Origin: Stegostoma tigrinum
Taxonomy: Eukaryota
Direction of reading: 5' to 3'
Length of the DNA: 64,000 nucleotides
Assembly (NCBI RefSeq): GCF_030684315.1
Contig: NC_081387.1
Location: 26,964,647 to 27,028,646 of the forward strand
Position numbers and translations under genes: made by a program. The first letter of the stretch is position 1; every line of letters begins with the position of its first letter. Under the pieces are notes generated by a model. The model saw nothing but the letters and a program-made list of their open reading frames with translations. It was not told the DNA's origin and made no database searches. Of the stretch, positions 50,141 to 64,000 are shown one piece after another.

Positions 50141-51169
50141 TCCCTCAATCAAAGCAGCTTGAGGAAGCTAGCAAGGCTCATGTTTCGATGTAGTGTTGAG
50201 GGGCACTGCACTACCAGAGGGTACTCTCCTTTTGGTCGAGGGGAAAACAGTGAACCATGCTGTGGCCATCTCCTACAGGGTCATTACTGCAATTCTCCAG
50301 TGTATCTCTGACTGTTCTTGGACCTTGCAGACATCAGCTGGTTTTTTCCTAATGTTTTTGGAGAGGTGGATTACAGAAATTGTAGACTTGACCATGATCT
50401 CACTTGCAGTGAGGGTTTTACTGGAACAATAGAGCACTGAGGCAGGACCCTGTTAATGTTACGATCAATATGAACCCTGCCATCCACTGATGATTGATCT
50501 CCTGTTGCCCCCTTCAGTGACATCCGACCTGCTAACATTTTCCTGATCTCAAACGGAGATGAGCTCCAGTGAGCAGGTACCATACACTTTGAAACAAATT
50601 GGTCAGTGAGTGTTTTCCAGTCTCTCTCTTGCTTTCTTTTTAAGCGCCATAAGTCTCTCCACAGGAAACCATGGAGAATAGAATCGCTTGTGGTGCTGAG
50701 CAATCTGGGAGGTGCCAAGTGGCAGATGCCAATCATGGGTTTGAAAATCTCTACCCTTGTGTAAGTTCAGCTAACTTTTTTTTTGTTTCTCTCTAAACAC
50801 TAGGAGTAGGAGCGTTTCAAGCCTGCTCTGACATTTCAATGTGATTGTGGTTGATCATTGAAATCAGTCACCTGTTCCTATTTCCTTCCCAATTCCATTT
50901 TGATCCCTTTTGCCCCAAGAACCATGTCTAACTCCTTCTCAATCAATCATCTACAACATATGGAAGATTGATTAGTGTTCCAGGTAGTCTGCTTTTGAGA
51001 TGTGGGGCACCCTGAAAACCCCACACTACTTGCCCGTCCCTAGTTGCCCGCTTTGGAAAAAGTGAAGGTAAGTGGCTTTCTTGAACCACTGCGATCTGAA
51101 ACAGACCCAAAATGCCCTTGGAGGGCATGATGTGCTTCCATCGTCACTGATGGACAGGATAATCTTTCA

Positions 51170-51500
51170 TTGCCCAGGTGCAATTCACACCACCACCTCC
51201 AGGGTGTGCTGCCTCCTTGAACTGCTGCAGTCCATGTGATCTGGGTTGACCCACAATGTCCCTTAGGGAGGGAATTCCAGGATTCTGACCCATTGACACT
51301 GAAGGAACGGGAATATATTTCCAAGTCAGGGTGGGGAGGGGCTCGGAGGGGAACTTGCAGGGGGCTGGTGTTCCCATGTATCTGCTGCCCCTTGTCCTTC
51401 TGGATGGAAGTGGGTCGTGGGTTTGGAAGGTGCTGCCTGAGGGTCTCTGGTGAATCCCTGCAGAGCATCTTGTAGATGGTACACACTGCTGCGACTGAAC
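51170..51500 (-). mobile_element. LINE (second family) 3' fragment
   Basis: Reverse complement of the CAGCAGTGTGTACCATCTACAAGATGC...CCAGAAGGACAAGGG segment at 40520-40630. Confidence 0.65.
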
Positions 51501-54500
51501 ATTGGGGGAGGGAATGGAATTTTCTACGTCTCTGATTGGGAAAGAACTCCCACCAAAGGATTGAGTTCACTTTCCCAAGTATTAGAAAGCCAATGGGGAT
51601 TTGTGCAAAATGTACATTGTTTCCTGTGTAAATTGAGGGAATCAAGACTCTGTTTTCCCAGGAGCTCAATCAGGTTGTGGTAAATGTCCGACAACCAACT
51701 TCCTTGCAAAATTCCATTCAAACCCAACATGCTAATCCACTTTCTTCTGAAAAGAATGTGCTCATCTCTTTAATTTTCTCCTCCCTTTTTGTCAAGATGT
51801 CTGGCTACATTTGCAGTCTGGGGATTGACTTGCATCCCTGTTCACTTTCGATCTACAACCAACCTGAGCTGGTTGTGTCTAAGGGAAGATTACCTCCTGT
51901 AGAAAATGAAATGGAATGCATCCCCAATTAAAAGCCCTCAGTTTGACGACAAAGCACCGGAGGAGGAGAAGGAGGAGGAGGGTTCCTGGCTGAGGTCCCT
52001 GCAATATACCCACAACATTTTTGTCTCAATCTAGAGCGTTTGCGGTCACTTTGAAGATGGGACAGAAATCCATGGAGCTGCTGCTGACGATGATGATGAG
52101 GTATTTATACCACTATGTGGGAAATGGGTTTCATGGATGAGCTGGGCCAAAGAGCCTGTTTCTGTGTTGTAGGACTATGTTCAATCCCTATCCTGGAGTA
52201 GCTACTGGTCCACAATCTTGTCATCTCAAAAGCAACTAAGAAGTGGAAGAAGGAGTAAACTTAAAACTTGTTTGCCTTCACTTCAGAAGGCTTTAGAGGC
52301 TGCTACTCACTGGGTACAAGTAGTACAGTGTGGGTGGAGTTAAGGGCAAGGGGAGACGTGCACTGAATAGTCCGAAGCCTGATGTCTAGCTGCATGAATG
52401 TTAGAAAGGTGTACAGGGAGGCAAGTTGGGTGGATTGATTTTAGCTTGAGGGGTAGAGTTCATGGAATAATTGTTTTAAGAATCTGTAAGATTTGAAGAC
52501 TGTATCTCTGAATGCCATGTGTCATAGTGCCCAATGTTATAAAAGTCAAACTTAAAGATCATTCTTGATCAGTCTACCTTGAATCCAAACCCATGGATGA
52601 GTGAAACTATCATGTGACATCCAGAGAAACATAGAGTAAACCTGCAAGGAATATGAGAGAACAGACAAGTGAGGATAAAATGGGGAGAGGGGAGAGGCTG
52701 GTAGGAAAAGTGTTATTGGCAAAACTAATGGGTCAGAAGTTTAGAAATTAGCACCCTGCTTCCCAAAGGCTGTTTAACAGTACCTATCAGAGATGGTGGA
52801 TGTGTAATTAATCCTTCCTGCAGACTTTGTTTGTTTAAGGAGGGAGATAGAAAATTGGAGGTTTCAGACCTTGTCCTACGTATGTTAGAAAAGTAAGTCT
52901 GTCACTCTTGTACTTAAGAAAAAAGTGGGAACCAGATATGAAAAGAAATAATGGATTGGGTGAGCCCACTTGGATTTATGAGGGAACTGTTTGATAAACC
53001 TATTCCCATCTCCTGTTTGTTACTGGTGGAGTAGACACTGGGTGGGTTATCCAGTGAGTGAAGTATGGCTTCCTCATTCCTTGGAAGGATTTTGATCAGC
53101 TCCTGTGTAGGACGTTAGTGAACAAATACTTATTCTAGTTAGTAGATAAATGGACAGCAAACAGTGGGAATAAGTTGGCCATTCTGACTTGAGGCAGACC
53201 AAATGCTAGTCTGGTACCACAAGGATCAAATGTCGGACCCTAACTCTTCAGTCTACTTCAATGATCTTGATGTCTACCTAATTACAACACTTCCAAGTTT
53301 GCATCGGGGCAACTTTACATGTTATGATCCCACAGATCTAACTAACCTTGCCCATGGCCCTGCTGTTTCAGGATCCTTTCTCACTTCACATGGTCCATCT
53401 ACATGGATTTAGGTTTAAACATAAACTCCAGAGCAACACTACCAGGTAGTGTTCCCGAAGCTCAACTTGCAACATCACAGCAGTGTGGACGAGGAGACCA
53501 CGTGTGCCGGAGCTAAAGCTGATGTAACCAGGACGGGTAGCAAAATAAGTCAAAGGTGGTAGAAAATCTGAATAGAGAGGGTAAATAAGCTGATGGGTGT
53601 GGGCTGGGGAAGAAAGTGTGGAAAGGCAGAGTATAATTTGAATACTTTCATTCTTTCAAGAAGAGAGTGTACTGTCTAAATGGAGAGAAAGTATGGAGGG
53701 ATTTGGATGGCTGAATATTCGAATCACAATTGTATTGCAGATGCAGCAAGTGAAAAATATTGCTGATGTAGTTTCAGCTTACTGCATTGGTAGGGATGTC
53801 AGTGACTTTTACTGCAGCTGTGACTGTACCATGCACTTCTCATCTCCTGTGTTAGACACCATTCGGAGAAAGGTTCACCTGACCCATTTTTGGGATGAAG
53901 GGCTTCTCTTGTGACGAACAATCCCATTGGCTGGCCGTCTATCTGTGGCAGTTTAGAGGGGATACAAATTGAAAAGTAAAATCCCAAACATTCTTGAGAG
54001 TGCATACTGAGACAGTTGCACCCTTTTTTTAAATCTTTAAGTTTTATTTTACCATGTCAATGAGGAGCATTCTACATTTTCTCTCGCTGCAACCAGCAGG
54101 AGAAATTTCTCCAGCAGTGCAAAGGCTAGAGGGTTGAATCCTGCACCTTTTGAGAGCTGATCCTGTTGAGAAACATTGGGGGACAGTCTTTTGGTTCTGT
54201 TTAGGGAAGCCTGACAGTCAGGGAGAAAGACCCCAGTCATGGTCAGACATAACGGGAAATGAAGTGTCAGATGCTGCAAATACTAACAGCTCTAAACTTG
54301 CTGTCACCTCAGGTCTCTGCTACCAAGGACAATCATGGCAGGCTGGGTGAGGACTACCTCGATGACACTCTGGAGTACTTATTGGATCAAGTGGAGCTTC
54401 CTTGTATAGGTGTCTCCAAGTGACAATATCTCATTGAGACAAAGTTGAGTGCTGTATAATGTGAACAACTAAATTACGTTCTAAATGTCTGTAGAGCTGA

Positions 54501-56759
54501 ACTTTAACTTTTCTGCTTGTTTAAGTCTTTTTGGTTGCAGGATTGTAAATCCAGGGTCTCTTTCTCCCCTCACCCTCCTTTCTGTACATTAGGTCTCTTC
54601 TCATTTATTTGAATGTAAATTTCAGACACTGCTCCAAATAGCATTATGCTAAATTGGTCAGATTTTTAATTGACAAGGGAACCTAGACTTGTAGGGGAAA
54701 AGGCATAAAAAGCTTAAGCCACAACCCAATCTACTATGATGACAGCTGGGCTTTATTTTTATACCCAGACTATCTCTCAGCTCTGCAACTTTCCCACCAC
54801 CAAATCACCATGACTTTCTTGTTTTAGTTTTTAACTAACCACCACCAGCATAGCCAATTAGATGGTCACAAGCAAAGCCAACTGGGCAATGTGAATAATC
54901 ACAATTGAGTAGTGCAAGGGAGGATCAGAAGGGGTTAAATCAAAATGGAGTTGGGGGGGGGGGGGTTTGTATTAAGCTCTCTATGCCTTTAGATGTGGGC
55001 ACTGTGGGGCTAGAAAGTATCGATGGACATCATATATTCCCTTGCATGGCAGCGGAACAAACGAGCTGGGCTGCAAATGATCTCCTCGTGTGAATTCATT
55101 GCAATAGAGCAGAGATTTGACAGAGATTGTATCATGTGTCTCTCTTTTAACATCCATCTGAGCAAAGTTGGTTGCGATGAACACTGATTGGAAAAATGAT
55201 ATTCCCTCCAAGTCTAGCATCTTGCACTCAGCAATAAAATTTGTGAAAATATTAACTTGAGGGGAAATAATCATTTCCATTTAGTGGATTGGGTAGCCTT
55301 TGGTAAAGACATTAACTGGTACATTCACTATGTCAATGACTGGCAGTTAACAGTTACCTTTGGTTAAAATTTAAACAAGGAAGCTTGTTTGGTCAAGGCA
55401 TTGCCTGAGAAATGAGATGGCACGTTTATATTCTGCTGAACTGAAATGAGAGCAGTATGTCTCCATCTGCTCTCTGTAAAGGGCAGAACTCTGGGTATTG
55501 TATGTCCAGTACAAGAGCATATCAGCCTGTCAGAATAATTACTTACAAACTCAGGACTGTGTAGGAAGTGCTGTCCAATTGTGAAATTGCACCTAACATC
55601 TGATGCAGTTGTCAGGCTTGACTGGTTATAATCAGTGCTTTTGCTGTTCACTACAGAAGGATATGCAGAGTGATTAAAATCCCCCAGTAGTGGGGGGACA
55701 CAGCTATTTTACCTGGCGTCACTGGCACTGAAATTCAGATACCACTTTAATCACTTAGGCGATGGGCAGACTGTCTGTCCCACATGGCAGTGAGAAATGG
55801 CTAGGCTCATGTATTGTTCAAGATTCACATACCTTCCCCTTCTCGGATTATCTGGAGTAGACTGGGAACTTTAGTTACATGAGTTAACCACACTTTTTCT
55901 GGGGGAGCCTTTTCCCTGACTCTGTTCCCAATCCAGTAAGAATCAGCCCAATCAGTGTCAGCACTGGGATGTGTTTGATGCTCCCAAATACCGCAGCTTC
56001 CCTTCTCCCCCCTGCTCCTTCATAGAGGGTGAACAAATGGCTTCAGGGTCTATACATGTCTCTTAGGCCAATCTAGTAGAAGGTAGCATGGCAGGGATCA
56101 GTAGACCGGCCAGTGGGGGCAGTCAATAGAAGGCTGCAGGAGATTTCCCACCCCCCTTCCGTGTCTCGTGGAGGACAGCGAGGCAAGGCAGTTCATTTAG
56201 CTGCCCCACTTCAGACAGGAGTGTGAGCATGGGTCAGAGTTCGTTACTACCTCGGAAGGAATTTCTCTCTGGTGCCAACAAACAAACTATCTTTTCTGCA
56301 AACTTATTTTCTACGTTAAAATCACCGACAAATGACTGACTAATGCTATAGTTAGCACCCACAAACTCAAGGGTACTGGAGATGGCCGGCCAGTGACACC
56401 CACATCTCCCAAGTGTGTTCATTTTGAAGAGAAAATAATTGTTTGCTTCCTGTGCCTGGTTAACAGCCTTTTGAGGATTTGCTGTAGATTTCTTTGCCCA
56501 GCTTCCAGTTAACTACAGACCTGTCGCAATCTTGCTGACCCACTGGGCAATTAGGGATGGGGAACAAATGCTGGCCTGGCCAGTGATACGACGATCTCCT
56601 GAATGATCGGCTGCTTTTCCAAACATGAGCTGGTTATGTTTGAACTCAATCTAGCTAAACTATACCCAGCTCCATGGCAGCATAGAATTCCTACAGTATG
56701 GAGGCAGGCCACTCAGCCCATCAAGTCTATCCCACACAGACCAAATGTCTCCCTACCCT

Positions 56760-56965
56760 ACAATTCCCATGACTCATCCACCCAGCCTGCATAGCCTGGG
56801 ACACCGGGGCAATTTAGCATGGCCACACAATCCTAACCTGCACGTCTTTGGGCTGTGGGAGGGAACTGGAGCACCCGGAGGAAACCCACACAGACCGCTG
56901 CCCATCGGTGGTATGAGACCTGGGTCACTAGGGCTGAGGCAGCAGCACTAACTACTGTGCCATCC
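56760..56965 (-). mobile_element. V-SINE / HE1-like SINE fragment
   Basis: TGTGGGAGGGAACTGGAGCACCCGGAGGAAACCCAC is the reverse complement of the V-SINE conserved core, with a tRNA-like head at about 56915-56965. Confidence 0.65.
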
Positions 56966-57172
56966 AAAACAAACAGACTCTGTTTAAAGACGCAATGTTG
57001 ATCAATTCCTGGAAGTCACATTGATTAACTTCCTTCACTGGAATAACTGCAAACCTATTTCAGGTCTCCAGTTCTTTAGTTAAGTAAGCCCATCTGTAAT
57101 TGTATAGTCTTGTCTTTGTTAGTGGCAGTATCTGAAGGAGAAAACAGGTAACATTTTGGGTTTGGTAACCCG

Positions 57173-57212
57173 CAGTTCTGAGGAAGGGTCACCAGACCCG
57201 AAATGTTAACTG
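57173..57212 (+). ncRNA. Most complete minimal type I hammerhead ribozyme motif (Penelope-derived)
   Basis: CAGTT-CTGAGGA-A-GGGTC ACCA GACCC-GAAA-T-GTT-AACTG. Helix I (5 bp) and helix II (5 bp) pair perfectly and the core is intact. An inverted copy precedes it (57123-57171 versus 57186-57236). Confidence 0.6.
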
Positions 57213-59544
57213 TTTTCTCCTTCACAGATGCTGCCAGACCTGCTGAGCTTTTCCAGCAACTTTTGTTTCTGCTCCTGATTTACAGCATCCACAGTTCTTT
57301 TGGTTTTTATTTTGTCTTTTTCGCTGTTGGAGAGTCAGATCCATGCAGCAAGGAAATGGACCCTTCGGTCCAAACTGGTCATAATCCCAAACCAAACAAG
57401 TCCCACCTGCCTGCTCCTGACTCTCATCCCTCCAAACCTTTCTTATTTATCTTTTAAACACTAATTGTGTCCATATCCACTTTCTCAGGTATTTCATTCC
57501 ACATATGAAAGACCCTCTGGTCTTTATTTTAAGAAAAAGAAACATCTCTTTCAGCGCTCTCACTCTCTCTAACTGTGCCCCCTAGTATTGAAATCCCCCA
57601 TCCTAAGGGAAAGGAACCACCATTAACTCTATCTATACTGCTCATCACTTTATAAATTTCTGGGGGTGAGGTGGGATGGGTGGGGGTTGAAGGGAGGAGT
57701 GCCAGCCTGTATAGGATGGGCTGAAGGGCTAAACTTGATGATGGTAGTCAATAGCTACATGACTTTGGTTTGAATCCTATGAACATTCCTGGCACACATC
57801 AGTGAGGTTTCTTTTTCTGTGCCTGGCTGCTTCGTACACTGTGTGTAAGTTTTGTTCCAAGTCGCTGGACTTCACTTCAGACAGGAATCGCAAACAGTGC
57901 CAGGAACAACCTCAGTCTTCAGACGAGCCATCAGTCAAGGGGTCCCTGATGGGCAGAAAGGCGTGAGGTGCCTTGTTTGTTTTCCTCTAAGTAAATAAAA
58001 AGAATGAGGGGGGAAAAGGTGTTTTGTTTTTCTTTTCTTTATTATTCAACAAATGTTGGTATTTTAAGCAAATTACTTGAGCCTTCTCTTACCTACGTTT
58101 AACCAAATCTGAAAAGAGCCGAGTGGATACACTCTGTGATCCAAGACACAGTTTTTGGCAATGATGAGGATGTGAGTCAGAAAATGTGAGAAGGGAGAAA
58201 TGACTTAATCCTCCCATGTCCAGTTGGCCACATTTTCCTATTTCTTTGTGCGTCCTGTTGAATTGGTTTTCTTTCAATTACAATGTCAGCTTCCTGAAAG
58301 TGGGGTGAAATTTAAAGTTGCTCTCTAAACTTTTGATTGTATCAGCTTTCCCAATAGAGCCATTTTGTCAGAAAATCCTGTTAGAACCCTCATTGACCTC
58401 ATTATTTTTATTCATGTTTGGAGCTAGGACTTGGGACTGACAGTGACTTGTGGACTTTGGGAACCGGCTTGCACTAAAAGGGAAATGAATATGCCAAACA
58501 AGTCTCCAGGCTTGGAGGCTAATTACAGGCTAATCCATGAATAAAAGGATTTCTGCTGACACCCAAAAAGAGCATGGTGTTCAAACAGATAGCAGAAGTT
58601 GGCCATTGAGGTCAATAGCTAGGAATTGGTTCTGGCAAGTCTGAAAAAGACCTGAAGTTCAACAAGGTGTCAGATGTTTGATGGCAGTAGAGGTGTCAGA
58701 AAAAGACAGTCAGTCTTGGGGCAGAATCATTTTTTCTTTTTGGAACTGTTTCCTGGCTAGATGTGGTTGGCTACAGTTGGAAAGCACCCTGCCAAACATC
58801 ACCAGCTTTCAGAAGACTGAAGAGTAGGGAGCAGAGTTTAGCCTTGACCTGAGTAAGATGAAATGGTAATCCTGATCAGTTCCAGAAGAGCAATCTGTGC
58901 CTGAGAAGCTATTCATAATGAAGGCCACTTGAGTAATCTGGCCACTTTGCTGTTTTGTTTTCTTCCTGTATTTGCTTGCATGTCTGTCTATCTGGTGTGA
59001 ATGGGTCTTAAACAATAGTTTTGAGTTTAAAGCATAGACGTGGAATAATAGACATACAACACAGAAACCAAACCTTCGCACCCCCTCTTCCAGGCTGTCC
59101 AGATATCCTAAACTGACCTAGTCCCGTTTGGCCCATATCCCCCTAAACCCCTCCTATTCATGTACCCATCCAGATGCCTTTTAAATGTTGTCATTTATTA
59201 AATTTATTTGCAAAGTGTGGGACTGGTCATTCCAAAGTTTGCTTAGGGATCATTGGAATAACTTGTGGGGATCTTTGGCAATTTTTGTTTCACTCTGTTC
59301 TCACAACAGAGGTAGAAGGGCTGATTTATGTATGTTTAATTTTTCATGTTATTTACTGTGATCCTGAGTTATTAACCTCTGGGTGGATGAAGCTAATCAT
59401 TAATTTGTAAGCATTTAAGTATCCATGGTGATTTCTTTTAAAGCAGTTTTTCAAGCCCAGCTTTAAAATGAATGGGTTTTTGCACACTCCTAATGGACTT
59501 CAGTTTATCTTATAAATTTGGTGACTCAGCAAGTTATTTAATCT

Positions 59545-60040
59545 GGGGAGGCAATGGCCTAGTGGTATAATCGCTGGACTGTTAATCCAGATGCTCAGCT
59601 AATGCTCTGCTAGACCCAGGTTCCACTCTTGCCACAGCAGACGGTGGAATTTAAATTCAATAAATATCTGGAATTGAGAGTCTAACAATGACCATGAATC
59701 CATTGCTGATTCATGGGGAAACACCCATCTGGTTCACTCATTTCCTTCGGGGAAGGAAACTGCCATCCTTGATAACAAAGTGTGAAGCTGGATGAACATA
59801 GCAGGCCAAGCAGCATCTCGGGAGCACAAAAGCTGACGTTTCAGGCCTAGACCCTTCATCCTGCCATCCTTACCTGGTCTGGTAAAACTGTGAAACTATT
59901 CATAATGAAGGCCACTTGAGTAATCTGACCAGCTTTGCTGTTTAGTTTTCTTCCTGTATTTGTTTGCATGTCTGTCTATCTGACTCCAAACCCACAGCAA
60001 TGTGGTTGACTCTCTGAACTGCCCTGTGAGCAATCAGCTG
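59545..60040 (+). mobile_element. tRNA-derived SINE with two internal insertions
   Basis: A-box TGGCCTAGTGG and B-box-like GGTTCCACTC. Contains a Penelope-repeat insert at 59771-59860 (TSD CTGCCATCCTT) and a local duplication at 59896-59982. Confidence 0.7.
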
Positions 60041-61449
60041 GTAGGAAATTGATATTACAGTGGTACTGATCAGTGAGAGAGGTTAATGTTGTGTCACAGA
60101 GTGCTCCATGCAGGGTGGTAACTGAGTTTGGTGACGTTGGGTGCACGTGGAAAGAGAAACTATTACCTTTTTTTCCCCCCCTCGACATTCCACCTCCTGC
60201 TGTCCACGAGTCAAAAAGCTGCCCAAGTGGGGCATCTGGTTTGAAAATATCCCAGAGTAACATCGTAGGGAAAAGAAACGCTCCCTTGAGCTGGACTCGG
60301 AGCTTGAATTCAAGTGAATTTCACATTCACTGTGTGACGTGCAGTGACCTTTGGTAATTAGGATGCGGTGAGGATTTAATATTGTCTGGTCTTTCCAAAG
60401 CGAAGAACAGGTCTTTAGCTCACATCCAGGAGCAGGAGGCCGGAGGCAAGTTCTGATGGATCTATTTAATATTCCTTGAACATGTAAAATTCTTTTATAG
60501 GCCTAGACCAGGTGAAAGAAGCGGCTACGTTCTTCCCCACCCCCCGGCTGGGGGAGCCAGGAATAAGAGGTGGCTGTCTCGGGCTGGGATATTTCAGATT
60601 GAGCTGAGGAGAAATGACCTCTGTCACAGGGTGATAGCAGTGAACCCATGGAGCCCAATGGCACAGGGATCTGTGCAGGCCGAATCCCTGAGTCTCTTCA
60701 AGAAAGTGATGGATTTGTGGAAAGCAACAGCATTGAGGGGGTTTGGGGAGAGTGCAGTGTTAAACGTTTGGCCGTGACCACGTAGAATGGTGGAGCGTGT
60801 CTGCTAGACTGAATGGCGTACTCCCTGCTCCTACTTGCTATCTGTCTGCTCCCCCCACCCCCCCCACCTCATGGCCTTTTCTACAGATAGCTAAAACAAA
60901 CACAGTGGACTCAGGAAATCATTGGACATTCACGACGAGACACAGCTAGTGTTGAGTATCAAAATATATTAAGATTTCCAACATGTAAATATTTGCAACC
61001 TGGCCACACACAGTACAAATCAGTTTACAGTGAGTCCTCCTATTAGATTGTTGTGCATTGGATCCACCATAAAGGTACCTCAACTCTGCCTTTTTAGGGA
61101 ACATCCTCTATCTCTGGCAGATGGCCCGGCAGAGCGTATGCATTCCTCGGGTGATGCCCATCTCCTGTGCCCAGAAACCAGGCTGTTACTTGTCAGAGGG
61201 TTGGAAGCAGATTGAAAGCAATGCTGCTCCCTGATCCGTTTTGATCCAGCTCCAGCTGTGTCTTCCAATGAATCACTTTTTTTCTGGGACGGTACAGAAC
61301 TCCAGCCAAAGACAGAGATATGGAGTTGAAGTTTTCTGTCTTATGCTCATGAGGACTGAAACATGGGGGTGGGGGAAACTTCACAAGGAAACAAGGTCTC
61401 CTGCAGCTTGTAAAAGGATCCTGATTGGTTGAAATATGGCTTGGCAAGG

Positions 61450-61720
61450 AAACATGGCAGAAACTAACCGTTTTAGGACTGAGATGAGGAGAAATACCTT
61501 CACCCTTATGGTGGGTGAATCTGTGGAATTCTCTGCTACAGAAAATGGAGGGCCAAAACATTGTATGACTTCAAGAAGGAGTTGGATGTAGAACTTGGGG
61601 CTAAAGGATGTGGGGGAGAAAGCAGGGAAAGGGGACCGAGGTGGAAGATCAGCCATGATCATATTGAATGGTGGAGCAGGCTTGAGGGGCCAAATGGCCT
61701 ATTGCTGCTCTTTTCTATCT
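61450..61720 (+). mobile_element. CR1-type 3' fragment
   Basis: TTTAGGACTGAGATGAGGAGAAA...GATCAGCCATGATCATATTGAATGG...GGGCCAAATGGCCTA matches the other CR1 3' ends. Confidence 0.7.
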
Positions 61721-63009
61721 CTTTAGTGTTAACTGTGTCTGGATTGCTGGTAAAGTCTGGATGATCAATCTTAGATATTGACGGTGATATGGCTGTTCAC
61801 TAAACATTTGTTAAAAATATTTGTTGTGGTGAAATGAGCTGGGGGAAGCAGGCACTGATTCAAACCCCTCTCCCCACCGTCCACCCGGCAAAAATCTGAA
61901 ACCAGGCATGTCACTGCTAAAGCTGTTATTTTGTTTTCTTGCTTTCTTCCTGAAGAGTGCAAGATAAACAGCTTTAACCCACTGGCAATATGTAGCGTAA
62001 TTTTAAGAAAGGATTGTGAAGGATAGGGGCATTTGGTATAACTTCAAAGCCACCCCCCTCGACCTTGTGCAGGTAACACGTTAGTTCTCTCAAAGCCTGG
62101 GAGATGTGGATAAATATTTTGAAGGGGAGGAAACTACTTGCAGGACTAAGATCCAGGGCAGGCCCGAGAGATTACGAGCATAGCTCTAGCAAAGAGCTGG
62201 CACATGTATGAGGAAATGAATGGCCTCCTCCTCACTTCCTGTGGGCGTTGATGCCCATAGCAGCAAACCTAAGGAGCCCAGTGTGATGTACCCGGAGAGA
62301 CAGAAGGCTGTGTCAGGGACACACATACTCTGCACAATTATACGCGTGCTTGCATGCGCTCTTGCACGCATCTCCAAATCTCCTGAAGTCACTGGTCCTG
62401 CCATGGCCAAACTGGGCATCTCTCCACTGGAGCCCACCAACACCTGCCCCACTCTCTCGTGCCAGCACACAGAAGGGGCACCTGCCTAAGACATGCTGCC
62501 CAATACCACAAGCTCAGCATTCTGCCGCATCCTCCAGAGCGAGTCGGGAGGGGGAGTTTCAATTGGGAAAGCTGGGTGGACAGGAGGGGACAGTGGAGAA
62601 TGCGTGTGGGATGGGAGGGGGGTACGGAGGAGGTCACAAGGAGAGCGGGAGCCTTCACCAGTCAATAAGCATCTTTTATCTCCCTGGGCCCAACCTTGTC
62701 TCCAAAAGGGTCTCAGAATAAGCTATACTTTCATCTCAAGAAGGGATGGGGGTTGAGTGGGTCTTCCCTACCCTTTGCCACCGCACCCCCCCACCCCCGA
62801 CACTCCCTTCCACCCCGGGTCATACAGCAGTCCTTGCCAATACCAGGCCTGTCACCCACCCACCGTTCTACTATCCTGCCACTGGAGGGCAGCAGCTGGC
62901 TGGAGATTCTGGTGGTGCCCAGCGCACAGTCCAATCCCACACTGAGCCGTCACCTCAGTGACTCCCAATCACCACGGGCACGTAGTCATTCACGGCCTGC
63001 CTGCAGAGA

Positions 63010-63590
63010 CAGAGAGAGCAAGTGTTGAGGTTTGATTTATTGTTGTCCCATGTACCGGGGTACAGTGAAAAGTTTCGTTCTGTGTGCAGTACAGGCGGTA
63101 CACGGTGCATTAGGGTAACACTACAGAGCGAGGAACACAATGTTACAGGGAAGGTGCACAGAGTGAGAACAACATTGATCAGAGAGGCCCATTCAGAATG
63201 TAATAACATCGGGGAAGGAGCTGTCCTTGAACCTGCTGGTACGTGGGTTTAAGCTTCTGTATCTACTGCCTGATGGAAGGGGTTGGAAGGGGTTATAACC
63301 CGGGGTGGGATGCTGGCTGCCTTCCCGAGGCAGGGGGTGGGAGCCTGGTTTGTGTGACAGACTGTGCTGTGCTCACAATTCCCTGGAGTTTCTTACAGCC
63401 CTGGGCAGAGCAGTGCAGTACCAGGCCGTGATTCAATGGGATAGAATACTTTCTGTGGTATATCTGTAAAAGTTGGTCAGAGTGATGAAAGACATGCTGC
63501 ATTTCCTTAGCCTCCTGAGGAGGTAGAGGTGTTGTTCTGCCTTGTTGACCATCGCATCAACGTGGATGCGACCAGGACAGATTGTTAGTG
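63010..63590 (-). mobile_element. Rex1/Babar-like LINE 3' fragment
   Basis: Minus strand encodes MVNKAEQHLYLLRRLRK and CKKLQGIVSTAQ, resembling the Rex1 RT C-terminal KAQQRLYFLRRL motif. Confidence 0.55.
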
Positions 63591-64000
63591 ATTGTCACTT
63601 GGGAGACAAGCAGCAGCTTTATTGGACAAAACTATGAGGGGTCCAGGCAGAGCAGAGAGAAATTCTTCCCATTGACTGAATCCAGGCAATCGGTGAGATA
63701 CGCAATGGAGGTGGGAGGAAAACCTTTCCTTTTCAAAAGCCCAGCTAACAGTGAGGATGTGCCCACAGCCCGTGGAGTTGGGAGATAGATTCCACCTGAG
63801 CCAGGGAAAGGGAGGCTGGGCCTGGACAGTCTACTTTAGCAGGTGGCCAGTGCAGGCCCGTGCTGTGACCATTCTGCAAACCCTCTGCCCTGCATTATTA
63901 CAGCAACTCGAGAGGAGGAATCCAGCAGATCTCGACACAGAGCCACGAGGAGGAATGCCCAAGGCAGGAGTGTGATGGAAATCCTCCCCCCGCCCCCGCA

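Noticed and set aside
59545-59640. tRNA gene
   Set aside because: A and B boxes belong to a SINE head; no complete cloverleaf, and the SINE body follows.
48700-64000. Possible exons of a spliced gene (for example near 50400-50740, 51930-52110, 57830-57970, 60415-60500)
   Set aside because: No recognisable protein similarity or consistent splice and frame chain. Small exons cannot be excluded without RNA-seq or homology search.

Overview
This is vertebrate genomic DNA, most likely from a shark or other cartilaginous fish (inferred from the CR1, Penelope and SINE repeat families). The left 36 kb holds an atypical histone cluster. It has one H2A, one H4 with two non-canonical residues (T54V, A69S), and five divergent histone H1-derived loci; no H2B, H3 or canonical H1 is visible in the window. 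Three H1-derived genes are Arg-rich and protamine-like (172, 324 and 230 aa). One 193-aa gene keeps an H1 tail but has a dismantled globular domain, and one locus is its probable pseudogene paralogue. All seven loci are intronless and end in a histone 3' stem-loop. All five H1-derived loci carry an H4-box-like G(T/C)CCG element 9-11 nt upstream of the TATA position, as the H4 gene does. The rest is mostly CR1 and other LINE fragments, Penelope-like elements with hammerhead ribozyme motifs, short Penelope-derived insertions with target-site duplications, and SINEs. No protein-coding exons could be supported in 36-64 kb. Repeat boundaries are approximate and residue counts are by hand.
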